Assembly (NCBI GenBank): GCA_009602725.1
Contig: WELB01000016.1
Location: forward strand, 1,085,146 to 1,124,601
DNA: 39,456 nucleotides
Direction of reading: 5' to 3'
DNA from: Spirogloea muscicola
Lineage: Eukaryota
Shown: piece after piece, positions 12,995 through 24,404 of the stretch
Layout: the number at the start of each line of letters is the position of its first letter
Numbering within the stretch: position 1 is the first letter of the stretch
Made by a program: the position numbers and the translations under genes
Notes under the pieces: model-generated
The model's input: the letters and a program-made list of their open reading frames with translations, nothing else
Told to the model about the DNA's origin: nothing
Database searches by the model: none

Positions 12995-14460
12995 CGTACA
13001 GAAACTGGCCTTCGGGCTGGCCTCTCCGTGCAGGGATAGTTTACCGGCAGCTAGTCTGTCGGATGTGAGGCTCCTCACTCGTAACTACTAAGTGGTCCAT
13101 CCTCCCCCGTTCTGCGATAGCCTCTTCAGGCCCCGCAGTCGCTGCTTAGCTCGTAGTTTGGCCCCTTCGAACCTTGTCAATTCTTTTCGGGCTGGCTTCT
13201 CACAGCCCTTGCCCCCATTGGGAGAGCCACTTCTTCTTCCTCTCCGTGCAGAAACTGGTGAGGGTGAGACCTTAGTAGCCACGAGTGGACCCCCTGGTTC
13301 TACGTGCTGACTCGCGGTTACTCAGCGGGTCTGCTTAGCGGCTGAGCACCATTCTGTGGCCTTCGTGGCCTGCGGACCCCGCAGCCGCTGCTTAGCTCGT
13401 AGTCTGGCCCCTTCGAACCTTGTCAATTCTTTTCGGGCTGGCTTCTCACAGCCCTTGCCCCCATTGGGAGAGCCACTTCTGCGGATATTGTCCGTTCTTT
13501 CCTGGGCTGGCTTTGCCAGCCCGTCTTCTTCTATGAGAAGGGCTCGCCCATTGAGGAAAAAGCTGGAAAAGCTGGAAAAAGCCAGCCCAGAAAAGAATGA
13601 ACAAAGGACGAGAAGGGGCCAGGGGAAGTACGAAGAAAAACAAGCACAGAAAAGGTGTACCGCATGCGCTTGGCCGTCTCGCTGCAGAGGTCTATGGCCC
13701 GCGCGCTGCACCTGCGTGCAGGCAGAGCCCTCGCTAAAATTTCGCTGCTGCCTCTGGCTCTGGCCAGGGGACCCGCTTCCAGGAACCCAGTCTCTCTGAC
13801 CTGAGGCTGCTTAGCAGGGGTTACTGAGTGCTTCGTAGCTGCTTCGTTTCTATGGGCCGCTTTCTGCTGAGCGGGTCCCTTTTTCCGCCGCCGCCGCTTC
13901 AACGCCGCCGGTTCGCTCGCACAAGTCTTCCGCATGCGCCTGGCCGTATCGCTTCAACGCTCCCTTGCCCACGCCGTCCACACGCGAGCAGGCCGTGCTA
14001 TGGCCGCCGCCTCTGGGTCTCGGCGCAGTGCCTCTTTCCCTGCAGCGAGCTACTCAGACCTGATGTTGCTCACTCGTGGGTACTGAATTTCCCTCTGCAT
14101 CGTCTCTGTGTTCTGCAGTGTTTTGTAGTGTAGTCCCTTTGTGCCTCTTTCCCTGCAGCGAGCTACTCAGACCTGATGTTTGCTCACTCGTGGGTACTGA
14201 GCTTTCCTCTGCATCGTTTCTGTGTTCTGCAGTGTTTTGTAGTTTCTCCGGCTCCTCTTTCTTTGGCTTTGGACATTGTCCATTCTTTTTTGGGCTGGCT
14301 TTGCCAGCCCTTCTTCTCTATGGGCGCGCACTTCTTCTTTTTCCCCCTTTGGGAGAGCCAGTTCCCATGGCAACATGTGGTGTGCATCTGTCGATGTGCT
14401 AGCCTGTGTCCTTGGCCACTCGGGCCCTCCATCACTCAATATACACTTCATCCTTCCTGA
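12995..14460. mobile_element. Nested cluster of 5'-truncated CRE-like retrotransposon copies filling the eIF3L/GalDH divergent intergenic region
   Basis: ORF ends ...SDVRLLTRNY* (13091), ...SDLRLLSRGY* (13827) and ...SDLMLLTRGY* (14086). The 3' hairpin/terminal box recurs. TSDs: CCTCTCCGTGCAG (13021/13239), CTGCGGA (13370/13479), TTCTATG (13529/13848), CTTTTTCC (13879/14337). Confidence 0.88.
14028..14243 (+). repeat. About 105 bp tandem duplication inside a retroelement copy (ORF end plus start of the 3' UTR)
   Basis: gtgcctctttccctgcagcgagctactcagacctgatg...gttttgtagt occurs at about 14028-14129 and 14142-14243. Confidence 0.9.
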
Positions 14461-14534
14461 ACAGGGCGCTGGCTTGATGTGGCGTCGCTTTGACGTCCTG
14501 CGCACATCGCCCTCGTTCGTTCTTCGTTCCTGCC

Positions 14535-16329
14535 ATGGCCACCGCAGCGTGCACGAGCGAGGCCGCCGGCCTGCCGCGCCGCGCGCTGGGCGCCACCGGC
14601 CTCACCGTCTCGGCGCTCGGCTTCGGCGCCTCCCCGCTCGGCAACGTGTTTGGCGACGTGCGCGAGGCCGACGCCCGCGCTGCCGTCGCCGAGGCTCTAC
14701 GCCTCGGCATCAACTTCTTCGACGTCTCCCCGTGCGCGCACTCCCTCGCACTCCCCGCCCCACTCCCGCGCTGCCGCCAAGCCTCCGTCCCTGACCCGCG
14801 CCGCCCCCTCCCGCCGGCCAGGGCAGCTTCTACGGCGCGACGCTTGCCGAGACGGTGCTGGGCAGGTGCCTGCAGGGCGTCCCCCGCGATGCCTTTGTGC
14901 TGTCCACCAAGGTCGGGCGGTACGGCCAGGACGAGTTCGACTTCAGCGCCGAGCGCGTGCGCGCCAGCGTGCACGAGAGCCTGCAGCGGCTGCAGCTGGA
15001 CTTCATCGACATCATCCAGTGCCACGACATCGAGTTTGTGCCCCTCGATGTGGTGAGAGGTGCTTGTGGGGCTAAGGGCCTCCTGCTTGCTGCAGAAGCG
15101 GGCACCTACCGCTCAATTGCACGTAGGTCAGCCATTGGCAACAGGAGCCCCATACTTCGGCCTAATCTTCTGGTGCCTTGCTGGAAGGAGTGAACTGGGT
15201 CAAGCAACGAAGATGCCTAAACAGGAACATGCCAGCCATGTGACCCTGCTCAGGGGCGTGTGCTCATCTCCCCAGGTTGTTACGGAGGCGCTACCGGCCT
15301 TGAAGCAGCTCAAGGACGAGGGCAGAGTGCGCGCCATTGGCATCACAGGCTTGCCCCTCAAGGTTTTCCGGCAGGTGCTTGACAGCGTGGAGCCTGGGAC
15401 CGTGGACGTCGTCCTCTCCTACTGCCACAACAGCCTCAACGACACTGCTCTTCTGGACATGCTGCCCTTTCTCCAGGAGAAGGGCGTCGGCGTCATCAGC
15501 GCCTCCCCTCTCTCCATGGGCCTACTAACGGAGCAGGGGCCTCCACCCTGGCACCCTGCACCTGCTCATGTGAAAGTGAGCTTGGTTTCCTGGCGCAGCA
15601 CCTCGACCAACAGATGGCAACCATGGACCTTGCAGGCCGTGCATTGACCGACGTGTCTTCAAAGGATGGAGACTACTGTGTTGACCTCTTCCTGTATGGG
15701 CTGACGGTGATTGCTCAGGAGGCTTGTGCAGCAGCTGCCTCCCTCTGCAAGGCCAGGAAGCAGAACATCGCCAAGGTCGCACTGCAATTTGCCCTTCAGG
15801 ACCCCAGGGTGGCTTCTACACTAGTGGGCATGAGCTCCATCGAGCAGGTAGTTGAACATGTCTGCGGCTCCAATCATATGGCAATGTGGACACAGTCACG
15901 ATGGCAGGTTGCAAACCTTGGCCAGAGATCCGGATATCTGCCAGATTTTCCATGTTATCTGTTATACAAGGACCGTGCCAGATTGCATCCATTGCATCAA
16001 GCATCTCTGAAGCTGGGTCTGAGGTAACGGGGTTGAGGTCTCTGTATTTCTGCATTGGTATCGTACAATTTTGGTCAAAGCTCTGGGGTGTAACAAAAAC
16101 ACTAGGGTTCGGAGCCTGTGGTCTGCCATGGCTGAGGGTATAACATGGAGCACGGTGTGCTTGTGCATTGTTCTGCTTGTGACGACAGGTGAGAGAGAAT
16201 GTGGAAGCTGCAGCAGAGTACTTCCAAAGGAGGTCAGACACAACCATGATAAAAGAGCTTGAGGACATACTGAAGCCTGTTAAGAATGTCAGCTGGTTCA
16301 GTGGCTTGGAGCAGAATAACCAAGGGTAG
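14535..16329 (+). CDS. GalDH: L-galactose dehydrogenase (aldo-keto reductase, Smirnoff-Wheeler ascorbate pathway), 5 exons, about 330 aa
   Basis: Exons 14535-14731, 14827-15052, 15276-15575, 15719-15847 and 16189-16329 join in frame. LGFGASPLGNVFG, FDFSAERVR, QCHDIEF, GITGLPL, VLSYCH and GVGVISASPLSMGLLTEQGPPPWHPA match plant LGalDH. Confidence 0.95.
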
Positions 16330-16837
16330 CAATCCAGATTATTCTGCTATATTTGCCATTTACAGCGCTATGCTTGGCATGGCGAGGGACTGGTATTTCA
16401 CTTTGACCACATTGGGCCAGATATGGGATAGTGGGCTTCGAGGCCTGCATGCCAGTCCTGATCAAGGTGATGCTGAAGCCGATGGCCAAAAGCGTCAATG
16501 TAGATACTCGTCCCTTTGAAGAATGTTTAACAGAGTTGACCTGAAAGCCCTGCATCACCACTCTAATGTGGCTACTACTGGAAGGGGCTGCACACTCGGT
16601 CAGGCTGGATGTAGGAGTGATGATCAATTGTGATGAATTTTTTGGCCGAGGAAGAAGGGCTCTGCGAGAGACCTTGACTGCACATTGTCACTTGCATTAG
16701 CCAAGAAGCGAAACTGGCACGTATGCACACAGACTACATTGCTCCTCTCTTTTAGTGCAAGTCGCAGAGTTGCACTTGGAGGTATATAGGTGCCTTAGTG
16801 ACGAGCATTACTCCGAGCTTATGGGCCTTCTGTATAT

Positions 16838-17691
16838 TCAAGACGATGTTCCCTCGACCTCAGCAGGGGTCCTTGTAGTCATGGAGTCCACAGCATGAAC
16901 AGTGCTCTGCAGCTCCTCCCAGATGGCCTTGTACACCATCCGCTGCCGATTCATGGAGCTGAGGCCCTCAAAGGCGGGAGATACGACATAAATGCTGCCA
17001 TGAGCAGCTTCAAAACCAGTCAGTCACTGTCATTGTCCTCCTACACAGGTATAAATTTGGCTGAAAGTATGCCCCTGCCATCGAAGATGCAAGCCCCGGC
17101 CACACATCCTGCTCAGGCGCGCTGCTGGCAGGCAGATGGAGCACACCCCCTGGCTTCGATGAAGCTCCGTGCGGAGCGCGCAGGCGTCGTGCTGCGAGGG
17201 AGAAGGCTGAGTGGGCAACCTGACGTGGCGGCCATCGCCGTACGCGTCCTTCACGAGAACCTCCTGCGCCTCCAGTGCCTCCTTGATCTGGTCGAGCGTC
17301 ACGGAGACCAAGCCCGTCAGGTTAGCGAGCTTCCCGCACGCACGCCGAGGCGAGGTTGGCCAGCTCCCGCGCGTGGCAGAGGGGGTGGCGCCAGGAAGGC
17401 GCGGAAGGCTCTCTTGGCAGAGCACTCGAGGACATGGCGCGTGCGAGAGCCGGGAGCCGGGCAGGGGATGGAGCTGGGCGCCGAGCAAGACGGCGGATGG
17501 GCAGTGCGTGGCAGAGGGGGGAGGACCTTGGCCTGCATGGCGGCCATCTGGGGGGAGTCGATGGAGCCCGGGCCGGAGACCTGGAGGGAGGCGCGCATGG
17601 GGGGCGCGCCGGAGAGGTGGCGCCGGGGCGCAGGGCGCGCGGAGAGGCGGGCAGCCCGCGACGGCCGCGGCGGCCGCGACGCGGCGGCCAG
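16838..17691 (-). CDS. BOLA4: BolA4-like protein (plastid/mitochondrial BolA), 3 exons; start codon overwritten by adapter sequence
   Basis: Exons about 17691-17527, 17287-17220 and 16994-16838 give ...[83 protein letters not shown]. The N-terminus is Arg/Ala/Ser-rich like a transit peptide. Confidence 0.92.
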
Positions 17692-17715
17692 AGATCGGAA
17701 GAGCACACGTCTGAA
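17692..17715 (+). other. Illumina TruSeq adapter contamination
   Basis: Exact 24-nt AGATCGGAAGAGCACACGTCTGAA. Confidence 0.97.
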
Positions 17716-17836
17716 AAGGGAGTAGGGTTGTGTGGCCCCGCCCTGGAGGCGCCGTGGGTTCGGGGTGAGCGCGGCTGGCCTGGCCTCGGTCTCGGGACTC
17801 GGGCTGGGCCTCCCCGCCGCCGCCGCCGCCGCCGCC

Positions 17837-20800
17837 ATGGCCAAGAAGAAGCCCGCCGCCTCCGGCGCCTCCGCGGGCAAGCCCCGCCACTCCCTCGACG
17901 AGCGCAGGTACGCCGCGCTCCCGCGACGAGGCCCGCCGCCACCGTTGGCCTGGCCCCGGCCTCCACTGCGCCGTGGCCACGCTTCTCTGGCCGCGGCCAG
18001 GCCGTGGCCAGTCCCCCCCTTCTCCTCCCCCCCTGGCCTTACACGCTTCCTGGCGCCGCCCCCTCCCCTGCCTCGCCAGGCGCGATGGCAAGGCTGGCGG
18101 CTCCGGGGGCCAGCGCTCGGCCGCGGCCGTGCGGCGCCTGCAGATGTACGGCTCGCGGCCCGTGCGCAACGCCAAGGGCAAGATCCTGCACCACGAGCTG
18201 CAGTCCAAGGAGCTCCCCTCCACGCGCATCCAACCCGACCGCCGCTGGTTCGGTGCGTCCTCCTGCCGGCCTCGCCTGCCAGCCTCTGCACGGAGTGAAG
18301 GGTGTGGCCGGGCCCTGTATGTGCTGCCCTGACCCTGCTCCTGCTGTCGCAGGCAACACGCGTGTGGTCGGGCAGAAGGAGCTCGAGCGCTTCCGCGAGG
18401 AGATGCGCACCAAGGCGGGGGACGCCTACACAGTCGTCCTCAAGGACAAGAAGCTCCCTCTGGCCCTCCTCAACGACCGCCACAAGGTGTGCACCACGTG
18501 CTTCGTGGAGCTCTTGCTGGCAGAGCCGGCCTTCCTCTGCAGAAGGCAAGAGCGCAGAGCAGCCCTGACAGCAGGGGTACTTGTGTGCAGCAAGCGCGCG
18601 TACACGTGCTGGACACGGAGAAGTTTGAGGATGTGTTTGGCCCCAAAGCCAGACGCAAGCGCCCCAAGCTCGTGACTGACGACTATCAAGCCCTGCTGGA
18701 CCAGGCTGCTGCAGTGCAAGGTGCGCTCTGCCACTGTAGGTGATGATAGAGGTGGTCGTTCACGCGTGCTAGTAGGTAGACCTGCTGCTCTCTGCAAGAG
18801 ACAATAGTCGTGCTTGTCGCGATCTTAGCTTGCTCAACGAGGAATGCTCTTAGGATTGTAACAGCGAATGGGTATTGTAAGTCCACCCTCTTTGACGCGC
18901 TGGTCTGTGGGCATTGTGCGCGAGTGTGCAGGGTCATTTACTGATAAAGTAGACAATCAGACGGATGCGGAGGTGGCGGCCGCAGGTGACAGGCAGGAAG
19001 GCATTCGGCCGTCGGCCAGGCACACCATGTATGAGAAAGGGCAGAGCCGCCGCATCTGGGGGGAGCTCTACAAGGTTGTTGACTCGTCCGACGTGGTCGT
19101 GGAGGCAAGTGCAGCCTGCCAAGACCGCATCTGTTTTAGTGGGCGGATTGACTCCAGTGACTGTGTCTTGCTGAGAGCTCGTTGAAAGGAGTAACAGCTG
19201 CCACCTACTGTTGCTGTGCATGATCTTCCAGAAGATATTCCAGAACTTGCAACTTTGCTTGTCAAGTGTGAGAGCTGGAGCTTGTGAGAGGAGACGTCCT
19301 AGCCTTACATGCCAATCTGGGCTGCGCAGGTGTTGGATGCAAGGGACCCAGAGGGTACGCGCTGCAAGCATTTGGAGAAGCACATCAAGAAGAACTGCAA
19401 GCACAAGCACCTACTGCTTCTGCTCAACAAAGTGCACTCCACAACCTGTCTCAGCAGGCACTTGAGGCATTGTAACCTGCCTATACAGTCACTCGCCATC
19501 TTTGGATGGCGACGACCTTGTCTTGTGATGAGTGTAGAAGTCACTGGCAGAAGATATATTGCCAGTGGGCATCCTTATGTAACAAAGCTCGTGCAATGAT
19601 CCTTTCTCCACGGCTACTTTGAGACGAGTGATATTATAAGAAAGAGATACTGGAGGAACGACGAGTGCCTGACTCCTGGTTGTGCGCTCTTTGATGCAGT
19701 GTGACCTTGTACCATCGTGGGTCACCAAGGGCTGGTTGCACGCGCTGTCCCGAGAGTATCCAACGTTGGCCTTCCATGCCAGTGTTACAAATTCTTTTGG
19801 CAAGGTGCAATTCCTCATGTCCTTCACAGCATCCTGCTGTTAGCATGCCGTGACATTGTGCCCCGGCTTGCACAGTCTCAGCACTGACAAACTGGACATC
19901 TGATGCCAACTCCACCTTACTCTGTGCTGTTGTGAAGGGTTCTTTGCTTTCATTGCTGCGGCAGCTGGCAAGATTGAAGAGTGACAAGCAGGCAATATCT
20001 GTAGGTTTCGTCGGCTATCCCAACGTTGGCAAGTCTTCCGTCATTAACACGCTTCGGACCAAGAAGGTTGGAGCAACTTCTCACCCATCCGCTTGCTGCT
20101 AACGCTGGTTCATTTGTTGTGAGCTGCTTGACTTTGATGGAAGGCGTCTTTTCCCGAAATAGTGAGCCCCGCAAGCCCCTGCTCTTCTGTGCCTCTTACA
20201 AGGTCTATAATGTGAGACCATTGGCAGGTCTGCAAAGTGGCGCCAATTCCAGGAGAGACCAAGGTCTGGCAATACATCACGCTGATGAAGCGCATCAATC
20301 TCATTGACTGTCCTGGCGTGGTCTACCACAGCAAGGACAATGAGACTGATATTGTCCTCAAGGGTGTGGTGAGTGGGAGCAGAGTTATGCAGATGTCTTC
20401 AACTCTATGTGGTCATTTGATCAGTGATGTTGGCATGAGAGGGGCCATGGGTGGCATTCTGTTCTCTGCGCGTTCTCGGGGGAGGGGTCTACTTCACATA
20501 ATTTGACTCTCTCAGCGCACAGCTTGAGTCAACATCATGAATAATGCTCAGCGGAGCTTTGTGGTTATCTTTTTCTTTGAGGAAGCTTCTTCTTTGTTTA
20601 GCCAGCAAGCGTCATAGGCCCAGCAGCATGTCCTGCTCAACCGATTTCAGTGGACACAAGCTAACCATCTTCGTCAACCTACCTTCACCAGGTCAGAGTG
20701 CAGAACTTGGAGTCACCTGCCGAGCATATCTCAGAGGTACTGAGGAGAGTCAAGAAAGACTACCTTATCAGAGCATATCGTGTCCAGGAATGGTACGTGC

Positions 20801-22097
20801 ATTGGAAGCATGCGTCCCTCTCTTTGCACCTGCGTCGTGCTCCATGTGCATGAGTTACTGGATGCCAATTTTCTTCCTCTCATAGTCTTTGGCTACTGAC
20901 CACAACCATGCATTATCCATGTTGCAGGGAGGATGATGTTGACTTTCTGACGCAATTGGCAAAGCTTCAGGGAAAGCTTTTCAAGGTACTGGTGGGACTC
21001 TTTAGCATTGCATCAAGTGACTTGCCGATGAGCCACAGATCAACGCTGTGGTGGATACTAAGCTTCGGAGAGTTGCATTGAGGTTTTCACAACAGTCAGG
21101 CTTTCTTGAAGCATTCTGATACGTGGTATGATATCGTTGGTCTCTTGATCTTGATTGGGTGTACACTTCATAAGTAAGTATGAAAATTTATCAGAGATTA
21201 CTTGACCATATCTCACGACTGATTTCTTGTCTTGCTGAAAAGGTAGATCCATGTCTGTTCTGCAGATGTTAAACAGATAGGAGAAGTAATTCTGCCGCTG
21301 TTGTGCTTAATGAGATGTGCTGCGCAGAAAGGGGAGGCAGATCTTGCTACAGTGGCCAAGATGGTATTGAACGACTGGCAAAGGGGAAAGATCCCGTTCT
21401 TCACCCCGCCTCCACAGCTCGATGGGAGCGAAAGCCACACAACTTCAACTGCTGGTGCCCAAGCCTCTCCTGGCGTCGCACGCTCTGCTGAGATGGCAAT
21501 TCCTGCCTCAAGTACAAAGATAGAAGAGGACACAGTCTCCCAGCCGGCGGAGGAAATTCCGACTAAGATGGACGCAACGCTGCAGGAGGCCCTTGCCAAA
21601 GCTGTGGCAAGGCAGAAAGGCTCACTTCAGGTAATGATGCACGTACTAGACCAAGTCCTTGTCAAGCTCAAGCATAGGGACAAGAATCTGGCTTGTTATC
21701 AGTCGCCCTTGGTAAATGCCCCACGAAAGACTTGGCTCTCCTTATGGTGCCTGACATTGCTGGTGTCATACAGGGTGCTGTGCAGGAGAACCTGTACGAC
21801 GATGAAGATCAGAGGACCCGGGAGAGTGAGCAAAATGTCCATTCACCTGACAACTCAGAATGCGACTCAGAGGCAGAACCTTCTGATCAAGAGACAGTAG
21901 CTTCTGGGGAGGACGACGACGCTGCTGACGAGACTGCTGGTGCCACTACAGCCCCTCAAGCGCCACTAGGACGAGAGCTCAGAAAAGGAGGAAACGGCAA
22001 ACGAAGACGAGTTTGGGATGAGGAGAGTGATGAGGAGGACATGACATGGGAAGATGTTCTTAGAACCATAGAAGCTGAGGTTGGGCCAACTCTTTGA
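17837..22097 (+). CDS. NUG2: Nuclear/nucleolar GTPase 2 (NOG2/GNL2, circularly permuted GTPase), at least 13 exons; 3' end uncertain
   Basis: NGP1NT-type [14 protein letters not shown] and [31 protein letters not shown]4 LLNK|CDLVP; G1 [10 protein letters not shown]3 IDCPG; and [14 protein letters not shown], followed by an acidic tail. All exon borders are GT/GC-AG. Confidence 0.95.
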
Positions 22098-23561
22098 TCT
22101 AGCTCTCATTAAATTTTAGATGGAGGGCCTCCAGCCGCATGGTGTCTGACTCAATTGCTGACAACTTCCACAATGAGCGCTAGTATGTAGGACAAGCCTT
22201 CTTCAGATAAGCTTCAGGTCGGTGGCATGCAGCATATACTGGATGCTGGGTGTCGTACACTGGACATGTGAGCACTGTTCATTGGACAGTAAACAGTTGT
22301 TAGGCTGCCTGAGGCGCAAGGAGAGCATCATACCAAGAGGTGGTGCCTGCCTGCGCACACCGACAAGGGAACGAGCTAATTTTCTGTAATAGCAGTGGTG
22401 CTGTGGGTCTGTTGTCGTTTGGTGTGAGCTGTGTGATGCTTGTGCTGTATCAGGCTTGCACTTCTCTCTTGTAACCAAAGGCCATGTCAACTCAGGCCAC
22501 CTTGGGACGTGGAAGTAACCTGTGGTAGTAGCTGCAGGGCTGCTCAGGGGCCCCTGGGATTTGTTGGGGCTGCTGGCGGCAGTGTGGTCAACAGACAGGA
22601 CCACCAAGGGTGGTCGTTCGCTCAAGCCGTTAGCCTTGTCCTTCACTGGGAGGAGAGCTAAAGCTTGGAGTACTACTATCAGGAGCAAGTTGTGAAGACA
22701 TTTATGCACAGCTTCTCAGAGCTTGTATCAGCATAGAGTTGCCTAATATGTGCCCTCCACCACCCCAAGTATAGTGCCATGTGGAAGTAATAGATTTCTC
22801 ATTAGGCTGGCGAGCAATGGTTGCTAAGGTCCTTGCAGAGTGCCCGCCAAGGACCCGCTGTAGCTGGTAAAGTCCTGCCAAGTGTGGACTGACATTTATC
22901 CTCATCTGGCTGCTCCTTACGTTGCTCCTGTTCTCTGTGTTCAACAGCCTTGATTATTCATCGTTTTTACTCAGGAGTCCTCAATGGGGCGTTTGCCCTT
23001 CTCCATAAAGAGAAAGGGCGATGGAGGACCAGCAGAGGGCGAGCAGACCACCCTCATTTCGACGGTCCAGACTCAGATCCACTTATGGCAAATCAAACAA
23101 CGTGTTCTTGGTTCCCTCCAGTGCAGGTGCTTGTCGTGTATTGTCTGGCCTACTGACTGTCTACCTTTATGCATATGCAGAAGACGTCCTTTCTTCATCA
23201 AGTCACACAAGACCAAAGAGCATGTTGACAATGAACCATGCGATACGAGCGTCTGTGGTTGAATACAATCCGTGCAAGGTGCTCCCATAAATGTAAATTT
23301 TCGACATGTCCAGAGCTCGCCATAAAGGTTCACAGAAGTCCACCTTCAGCATGTGATGCACACATCATATTAGCAGCACCCTTTACACATCGAGGCCCAC
23401 TCTATCTCTCTACTCCTGCTCATGCAGAAGTGCAAGTGCAGCTATGAGTTCGGACTGTTGGTCGGCACGGTCAAGCGACACAGGTTCAGCTCCCTAGCTT
23501 GTGGAACCAAATGTGTGATGGGGTTCGAGCGAGCCATCAAGGGGCCCAGCCAGAGGTGCAA

Positions 23562-24357
23562 TCAGGGAATCGATCTGGAGTAGGGCATGTCGGACCCAAG
23601 GGTAGCTCGCTCCTGCCTTTCCTCCTTAACCTGCAGGAGGCAGTGATGCGTAAGCACCAGCTAAGGGGCAGGACGAGTCGCCACATGGCTGTGCTGGAAG
23701 CTGATGGATGCAGTGCGCCACAAGTGAGACGCCAAGATGTACACTTAATTGGGCGCTTGCTGCACTACCTGCTTCAGAGGCTGCTGCAGGTAGAATGCAT
23801 ACGGAGTCTGCTTGGCCTGCACTTCAGACAAGGAGACACCGAGGCACTCAGCAGCACAGTCACCGCCCGCGAGCAGGTCCGGCTAGCCAAAGCAGCCCTG
23901 CGGAGCGTCGGTGTGGAGCGGCCGCACGCAGTCCAGGGCAGCGGGGGCGCGAGCCGTGACCTGCAGGTCCTTGGGCAGCGCGGTGTGCTTGAGCGAGGTG
24001 TCGATGGCGCGCTTGAGGCGCTGGTTGCGGGCGTCCACCTCGGCCAGGGGCAGGCGCTTGAGAGCCTCGTGGATGTCCGTGTCGTTGTTGTCGTCCAGCA
24101 GGTCGTCGTACCGCAGGCCTGCGCACGCGCAAGGGGGGTGGCAGCAAGTCGGGCAAGAGGGCGAGAGAGGCGCCGTCTCCGCCGTCACCCTGAGGGGGCG
24201 GCGAAGGCGGAGGTGGAGGCGGAGGGGCGGCGGGAGGAGGCCCGGGCCGAGCACCGTATTTGCGGAGCTCGACGGCGACGGCGGCCTGGTAGCGGCGGGC
24301 GGCCCACGCCAAGGCGGGCTCCAGCGCCGCCTCCAGCCGCCGCACGAGAAACGCCAT
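23562..24357 (-). CDS. QCR7: Cytochrome b-c1 complex subunit 7, 4 exons, 125 aa
   Basis: Exons 24357-24255, 24118-23961, 23816-23769 and 23630-23562 join in frame: ELRKYGLRYDDLLD...EALKRLP...VDARNQRLKRAIDTSLKH...LPKDLQAKQTP...ERQERATLG...YSRSIP*. Confidence 0.95.
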
Positions 24358-24404
24358 TGGGGGGGGGGACGCGAGGGGCGGCCGGCAAAGAGTGCGGCTA
24401 TTGT

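Noticed and set aside
13188..13240. GC hairpins followed by T-rich runs as rho-independent terminators
   Set aside because: This is eukaryotic DNA, and the hairpins belong to the retroelement UTR.
13160..13480. Repeated ~100 bp units resembling a CRISPR-like or ncRNA array
   Set aside because: The units are retroelement 3' UTRs with TSDs and irregular spacing, in a eukaryotic context with no cas genes.
17030..18675. Several 200-440 aa overlapping ORFs, and similar ones at 357-1306, 23499-24722 and 25778-26646
   Set aside because: These are stop-poor by-products of very high GC. The region is explained by spliced BolA4/NUG2, QCR7 and GMPPA exons.
22098..23561. Short ORFs between NUG2 and QCR7
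   Set aside because: No recognisable domain or convincing exon chain. A terminal NUG2 exon may hide here but I could not support one.
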